A DNA stretch of 64,000 nucleotides from Chromatiaceae bacterium (lineage in GTDB: Bacteria > Pseudomonadota > Gammaproteobacteria > Chromatiales > Chromatiaceae): assembly GCA_016714645.1 (NCBI GenBank), contig JADKCI010000001.1:35581-99580 (forward strand), given 5' to 3'. The number at the start of each line of letters is the position of its first letter. Within the stretch, counting starts at the first letter, position 1. Positions 59,356 to 64,000 of the stretch are shown one piece after another. The notes under the pieces are model-generated. The model was not told the DNA's origin and searched no databases. It saw nothing but the letters and a program-made list of their open reading frames with translations. Both the position numbers and the translations under genes were made by a program.

Positions 59356-60150
59356 CTATTTAAGCTTGATCATCATGGGCGAGAAGCCCTTGCCCGCCAA
59401 CTGTGACTTGGCCTTGCTGGCGGCTTCCTTGCCCTTCATGGGGCCGGTGCGGATCCGATAATGGGTTTTGCCATCGACGCTGGCCTGCTGGATGCTCACA
59501 GAAATACCCTGCTGCGCGAGCTTGGCCTTGAAACGCTCGGCCTCTTCCGGCGACCCCAGTGAGGCGACCTGGAGGATGTAGGTCTCGTTATCACCCCCCG
59601 TGGGGGCGGCTTCCGGCGGTTTCGTGGTCTGTTCGGCGGGCTTCGCCGGGGGTTTCTCGGGCGTCTTGGCCGTCTTGGCGGGATCCTTAACGGGCTCCTT
59701 AGCTGGGGTCTTGGCCGCCTCCTTGCCGGTGGCCTTGGCGGGATCCTTCGGGGGCTCCTTGGCCGCCGGCTTGGCGGGTTCCTTGGCCCCGGCCTTGGCG
59801 GCGGCGGCCTCCTTGGCGGCCTCCGCCTTGGCGAGTGCCTTGAGTTCCTCCGGCGAGGGCGGCGGCGGGGGCAGGGCCGGCGGGCGATCCGAGGTGTCCT
59901 CGTCGGGGACCACCACCTCCAGTTCCGGCAGGATGGTCGGGTACTGGTAACGGAGCTTGGGCTGGGTTTGGGCGTAGCGCGGGGTGCCCGCCGCGACCGG
60001 GCCGGCGGCATCACCGCGCTCGTCCATCATCCAGACGATGGCCACTGCCAGGGCGCCGAGCAGGCCGCCAGTGAGGAACCAGAAAAAGCAGGAGCCATTA
60101 CGACGATGGCGGGGCCTTGGTGGCGGGTTGGGGCTGTTTTCCCGCGTCAT
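59356..60150 (-). CDS. SPOR-domain cell-division protein (FtsN-like)
   Basis: It has an N-terminal TM segment (FFWFLTGGLLGALAVAIVWMM) and a Pro/Ala/Lys/Glu-rich linker with PAKEP-type repeats. The C-terminal SPOR domain reads YILQVASLGSPEEAERFKAKLAQQGISVSIQQ...YRIRTGPM. It lies immediately downstream of argS. Confidence 0.8.
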   Translation of the reverse strand: MTRENSPNPPPRPRHRRNGSCFFWFLTGGLLGALAVAIVWMMDERGDAAGPVAAGTPRYAQTQPKLRYQYPTILPELEVVVPDEDTSDRPPALPPPPPSPEELKALAKAEAAKEAAAAKAGAKEPAKPAAKEPPKDPAKATGKEAAKTPAKEPVKDPAKTAKTPEKPPAKPAEQTTKPPEAAPTGGDNETYILQVASLGSPEEAERFKAKLAQQGISVSIQQASVDGKTHYRIRTGPMKGKEAASKAKSQLAGKGFSPMMIKLK

Positions 60151-60151
60151 C

Positions 60152-61912
60152 TCACATTGTCTCCGGCGCCGAGACGCCGATCAGGTTGAGGCCGTTGCGC
60201 AGCACCTGGCGTACCGCCAGGATGAGCTTGAGTCGGGCATCGCGCAGGGCCGCGTCCTCGACCAGGAACTGGTGGGCGTTGTAGTAGGTGTGAAAGTCGT
60301 TGGCCAGCTCGCGCAGGTAATGGGTGAGTTGGTGGGGCTCCTCGTTGAGGGCCGCCTCCTCCACCAACTCCGGGTAGCGGGCAAGGGTCTTGAGCAGATC
60401 CTGCTCATGGGTCTCCGTCAAGTGTTCCAGATGCGTCACCCCCGGGCTGGGCTCCGCCGCCAGGCCCTTGTCCGCCGCCTGGCGCAGGACGCTGCAGACG
60501 CGGGCATGGGCGTACTGGACGTAATAGACGGGATTATCGCTGGACTGGGACTTGGCCAGATCGAGATCGAAATCCAGGTGTTGCTCGCAGCGACGCATGA
60601 TGTAGAAGAAGCGGGCGGCATCGCGTCCCACCTCCTGTCGCAACTCGCGCAGGGTCACGAACTCCCCGGAGCGGGTGGACATCTGCATCCGCTCGCCGCC
60701 CCGGTAGAGGATGGCGAACTGCACCAGCAGGACATCGAGCCTGGCCGGGTCGTCGCCCAAGGCCTGGAGGGCGCCCTTGATGCGCGGCACATAGCCGTGA
60801 TGATCCGCCCCCCAGATGTCGATGACCCGGTCGAAGCCGCGCTCCATCTTGTCCATGTGGTAGGCGATGTCGGAGGCGAAGTAGGTGGTTTGGCCGTTGT
60901 CACGGACCACCACCCGGTCCTTCTCATCGCCGAAAGCGGTGGCGCGAAACCAGAGGGCCCCATCCTTATCGTAGAGATGGCCAGCGGCGCGCAGCCGCTC
61001 CAGGGCGCGGTTGACGGCGCCCTTCTCGGTCAGGGAGCGCTCCGAGAACCACTCGTCGTAGGTCACCCCAAAGAGGGCCAGGTCGTCGCGGATATCATCG
61101 AGGATGGTGTTGAGGCCCAGCTCGAAGACGTAGCGGTAGCGGTTGTCGCCCAACAAAGCCTTGGCCCGCGCCACCAGGCCATCGATATGCAACTCCTTGT
61201 CGCCCCCCGCCAGCTCGTCCGCCGGGATGTCGGCAAAGACCTCCTCGGCGCCATGACGGTAGGCGTCGCCATGCTCCCGGTGCAGGGTCGCGGCCATGTC
61301 CCAGACATAGTCGCCCTTGTAGCCATTGCTAGGGAAGGGGATGTCCTCCCCGGCCAGTTCCAGGTAGCGCAGCCAGAGGGAGGTGCCGAGGATGTCCATC
61401 TGCCGGCCGGCGTCGTTGACGTAATACTCGCGATGGACCGCAAAGCCGACCGCCGCCAGCAGGTCCGCCACCACGGCGCCATAGGCGGCGCCCCGGCCAT
61501 GGCCGACGTGCAGGGGGCCGGTGGGATTGGCGGAGACGAACTCGACCTGGACCCGCTTGCCCGCGCCCAACTTGCTGCGGCCATAGTCGGGCCCGGCGGC
61601 GAGGATGGTCGGGATCAGGCCCAGATGCGCGCCCGGGGCCAGGAAGAAGTTGATGAAGCCGGGCCCGGCGATCTCGGTCCGCGCGATCAGCGCCGATGCC
61701 GGCAGGGCCGCGACCAGTCGCGCCGCCAGGTCACGGGGCTTGCCGCCGACCACCTTGGCCATGACCAGGGCCAGATTGGTGGCGAAATCGCCATGCGCGG
61801 GGTCGCGGGTGCGGTCCACCTGAGGATCCGGGAGGTCAGCGCCAGCGACCTGACCGGTCGCGGCCAGATGCCGCCATGCGGCTGAGAGGAGTTCCTTGAC
61901 CTGTTGCTTCAT
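60152..61912 (-). CDS. argS: arginine--tRNA ligase
   Basis: 586 aa. The class I HIGH variant is [13 protein letters not shown], the sequence is ArgRS-like throughout, and the C-terminal anticodon-binding DALR domain is present. Confidence 0.95.
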   Translation of the reverse strand: MKQQVKELLSAAWRHLAATGQVAGADLPDPQVDRTRDPAHGDFATNLALVMAKVVGGKPRDLAARLVAALPASALIARTEIAGPGFINFFLAPGAHLGLIPTILAAGPDYGRSKLGAGKRVQVEFVSANPTGPLHVGHGRGAAYGAVVADLLAAVGFAVHREYYVNDAGRQMDILGTSLWLRYLELAGEDIPFPSNGYKGDYVWDMAATLHREHGDAYRHGAEEVFADIPADELAGGDKELHIDGLVARAKALLGDNRYRYVFELGLNTILDDIRDDLALFGVTYDEWFSERSLTEKGAVNRALERLRAAGHLYDKDGALWFRATAFGDEKDRVVVRDNGQTTYFASDIAYHMDKMERGFDRVIDIWGADHHGYVPRIKGALQALGDDPARLDVLLVQFAILYRGGERMQMSTRSGEFVTLRELRQEVGRDAARFFYIMRRCEQHLDFDLDLAKSQSSDNPVYYVQYAHARVCSVLRQAADKGLAAEPSPGVTHLEHLTETHEQDLLKTLARYPELVEEAALNEEPHQLTHYLRELANDFHTYYNAHQFLVEDAALRDARLKLILAVRQVLRNGLNLIGVSAPETM

Positions 61913-62023
61913 CGGCTTGGCTATGGCGAACGGCTGGGCGTGGATGGATGGGGAGGGCCAGGTCCCGGGGGGACCGGCGAAAGGCAGGGTATTAAGGATA
62001 GCAGGAATCGCACTGATGATGCT

Positions 62024-64000
62024 TCAGTACATCTCCTGAGGGTCCACGTCCAGGGACCAGCGCGCGGCGCCCTGCCCCTTGATACCGTAGAGTTGGGGCA
62101 CCCAGACGGCGAGGAAGGCCTGTAACTCGGCCCGCTCCCGGGCCTGGACGAGGAGCTGGGCCCGATAACGGCCGGCGCGCCGCTCCATGGGGGCCGGCAC
62201 GGGGCCAAAGAGGCTGATGCGCGGGCCGCCCAGGTGGCACGCGGCCTCCCGGGCCAGGCGCAGCCAGCCCAGGGAGGCCTCCCGGGCGTTCGCTTCGACC
62301 CGCAGCAGGGCCTGATGGGTGAAGGGGGGCAGACCGGCCTCCCGGCGTTCCCGCAACGCGGCGGCGGCAAAGGCTGGGTAGCCTTGCCGGCGCAGGGTCT
62401 GGAGGAGCGGGTGATCCGGATGATGGGTCTGGAGCACCACCCGCCCGGGCCGCTCCGCCCGTCCGGCGCGGCCGGCGACCTGAATCACCAGTTGGGCCAT
62501 GCGCTCCGCGGCGCGGAAGTCGGAGCCATAGAGGCCGTTGTCCGCATCCAGGATGCCGACCAGGGTGACGCGGGGAAAATGGTGGCCCTTGGCCAGCATC
62601 TGGGTGCCCACCAGGAGGGGATAGTCGCCCGCGAGGGCCGCCGCCAACAGCCGGTCCAGCTCGCCCTTGCGACGGGTGCTGTCGCGATCCACCCGGGCGA
62701 CCCGGATATCGGGAAACAGGGCCTGCAACTCCCCCGCGAGACGCTCGGTACCCTGGCCCAGGGCCCGGATATCGAGCCCCCCGCATTGGGGGCAGGCGAC
62801 GGGGATGGGCCGGGTCAGGCCGCAATGGTGACACCAGAGCCGGTTGTCCGCGAGGTGGAGGGTCAGCCGGGCATCGCAGTGGGGGCAGTCGCCCACCCAG
62901 CCACAGGCGTGGCAGGTCAGCACCGGCGAGAAACCGCGCCGGTTAAGGAAGAGGAGCACCTGATTACCGGCATCGAACTGCTCGCGCATCAGCCGGATCA
63001 GCACCGCCGAGAGGCCGCCGCGCAGGGGCTGGGCGCGGATGTCCAAGAGGCCAATGGCCGGCGGCGCGGCGGCGCCGGCCCGTTCGGGCAACTCCAGGCG
63101 CTGATAGCGACCGATCGCAGCATTGCGCAGGCTCTCCAGGGAGGGCGTCGCCGAGCCCAGCACCAGGGGACAGCCGGCGCGCTTGGCGCGCCGCACCGCC
63201 AGGTCCCGGGCCGAGTAGCGGAAACCGTCCTGCTGCTTGAAGGAGAGGTCGTGTTCCTCGTCCACCAGGATGAGTCGCAGGCGCGGCAGGGGCACGAAGA
63301 CCGCCGAGCGGGTGCCCAGCACCAGATCCGCCGCGCCACTGGCCGCCGCTTGCCAGGCCCGTTCCCGCTCCGTGGCGTTGAGGGCCGAATGCAGGATGGC
63401 CAGGCGTCCCGGAAAGCGGCGCGCCAGGCGGCGCCGGAGCTGGGGGGTGAGGCCGATCTCCGGCACCAGCAGCAGGGCCTGACCGCCCGCCTCCAGCACC
63501 CTGAGCAGGAGGCGGATATAGACCTCGGTCTTGCCGCTGCCGGTAACCCCCTCCAGCAGAAAGGGCTGGAAGCGATCCAGGGCTGCGCTCACCGCCGCGA
63601 TCGCCTCGGTCTGGCGCGGGTTGAGTTCCGGCCCCGACTCCGGCGCCTTGACCGGCTCGTCACCCACCAGATGGCAAGGCTCGATCCAGCCCCGCTCGGC
63701 CAGGGCGCGCAAGGGGGTCTTGACCTCCCCCAGCCGGGACCGCAACCCGGCCTCCCCCAGTCCCTCCGGGTGATCGCCGAGCAGGCGCTGGATCTCGGCC
63801 TGACGGGGGGCGCGCGTCCCCGACGCCTGGTCGCGGCCCGCGGCCGTCAGGCGCCAGCCCGGCTGACCGGGAGGGACCGGCTCCAGGGGGGGCTCGGCCC
63901 GGCGCAACCGGGCCGGCAGGGCGGAGAAGAGGGCCTCGCCCGGGGGCTGGCGATAATAGTCGGCGGCCCAGAGAATGAGTTCCAGGTCATCGGCGCCGAG
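62024..64000 (-). CDS. priA: primosomal replication-restart helicase PriA (5' end beyond the window)
   Basis: The frame is open to the window edge (…LGADDLELILWAADYYRQPPGEALFSALP). Walker A is GVTGSGKTEVY and the DEEH box is LILVDEEHD. The Cys-rich insertion reads CHACGWVGDCPHCDARLTLH...CHHCG...CPQCG. Confidence 0.9.
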   Translation of the reverse strand, partial: LGADDLELILWAADYYRQPPGEALFSALPARLRRAEPPLEPVPPGQPGWRLTAAGRDQASGTRAPRQAEIQRLLGDHPEGLGEAGLRSRLGEVKTPLRALAERGWIEPCHLVGDEPVKAPESGPELNPRQTEAIAAVSAALDRFQPFLLEGVTGSGKTEVYIRLLLRVLEAGGQALLLVPEIGLTPQLRRRLARRFPGRLAILHSALNATERERAWQAAASGAADLVLGTRSAVFVPLPRLRLILVDEEHDLSFKQQDGFRYSARDLAVRRAKRAGCPLVLGSATPSLESLRNAAIGRYQRLELPERAGAAAPPAIGLLDIRAQPLRGGLSAVLIRLMREQFDAGNQVLLFLNRRGFSPVLTCHACGWVGDCPHCDARLTLHLADNRLWCHHCGLTRPIPVACPQCGGLDIRALGQGTERLAGELQALFPDIRVARVDRDSTRRKGELDRLLAAALAGDYPLLVGTQMLAKGHHFPRVTLVGILDADNGLYGSDFRAAERMAQLVIQVAGRAGRAERPGRVVLQTHHPDHPLLQTLRRQGYPAFAAAALRERREAGLPPFTHQALLRVEANAREASLGWLRLAREAACHLGGPRISLFGPVPAPMERRAGRYRAQLLVQARERAELQAFLAVWVPQLYGIKGQGAARWSLDVDPQEMY

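Noticed and set aside
59600-59840. Repetitive CTTGGC-rich DNA inside the SPOR protein gene.
   Set aside because: It encodes the Pro/Ala/Lys/Glu-rich (PAKEP-type) flexible linker that is usual in FtsN-like proteins. It is not an independent repeat element.

Overview
High-GC proteobacterial chromosome segment. The backbone is ordinary housekeeping with gammaproteobacterial-type synteny: lgt; rng-yhdP-nitrilase-tldD-pmbA, plus an extra adjacent TldD/TldE-like pair; rlmH; metH; ubiU-ubiV-ubiT; ruvB; pbpC; lpdA; lpp beside an L,D-transpeptidase; an EF-G paralogue; a SPOR protein with argS; and priA (partial). Three accessory patches interrupt it. (1) 1-6.3 kb: a TctB/LysR/Bug(TctC)/methyltransferase block, followed by IS91-like and IS21 relics that truncate a cytochrome c gene. 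(2) 9.1-10.7 kb: an HdeA-like ORF, a small ORF, and an IS91-like end relic carrying a (GGGT)11 tract. (3) 29.66-44.2 kb: a mosaic island starting 3 nt after the stop of a K+-channel-like gene. It holds two IS481 copies (one decayed), a decayed IS1202/ISNCY-like element with 17-bp flanking direct repeats, an IS91-like relic, vapBC, a diverged duplicate of the channel gene 3' end, an IS1634 with target duplication, and IS66/DUF4338 fragments. The most interesting cargo is a tightly coupled operon at 33121-37971. Its first gene encodes a signal-peptide-less fusion of a PGRP/AmpD-type amidase_2 domain, a GxSxG alpha/beta hydrolase and a caspase-like (His-Cys) protease. Its second gene encodes a cytosolic thermolysin-like HExxH zincin. 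A third ORF is ATGA-coupled to the second and cut off by the IS91-like end. I do not recognise this as a named system and flag it as a candidate uncharacterised cell-death/defence or multi-effector toxin module. All calls rest on reading the sequence and the ORF translations; no database search was possible.
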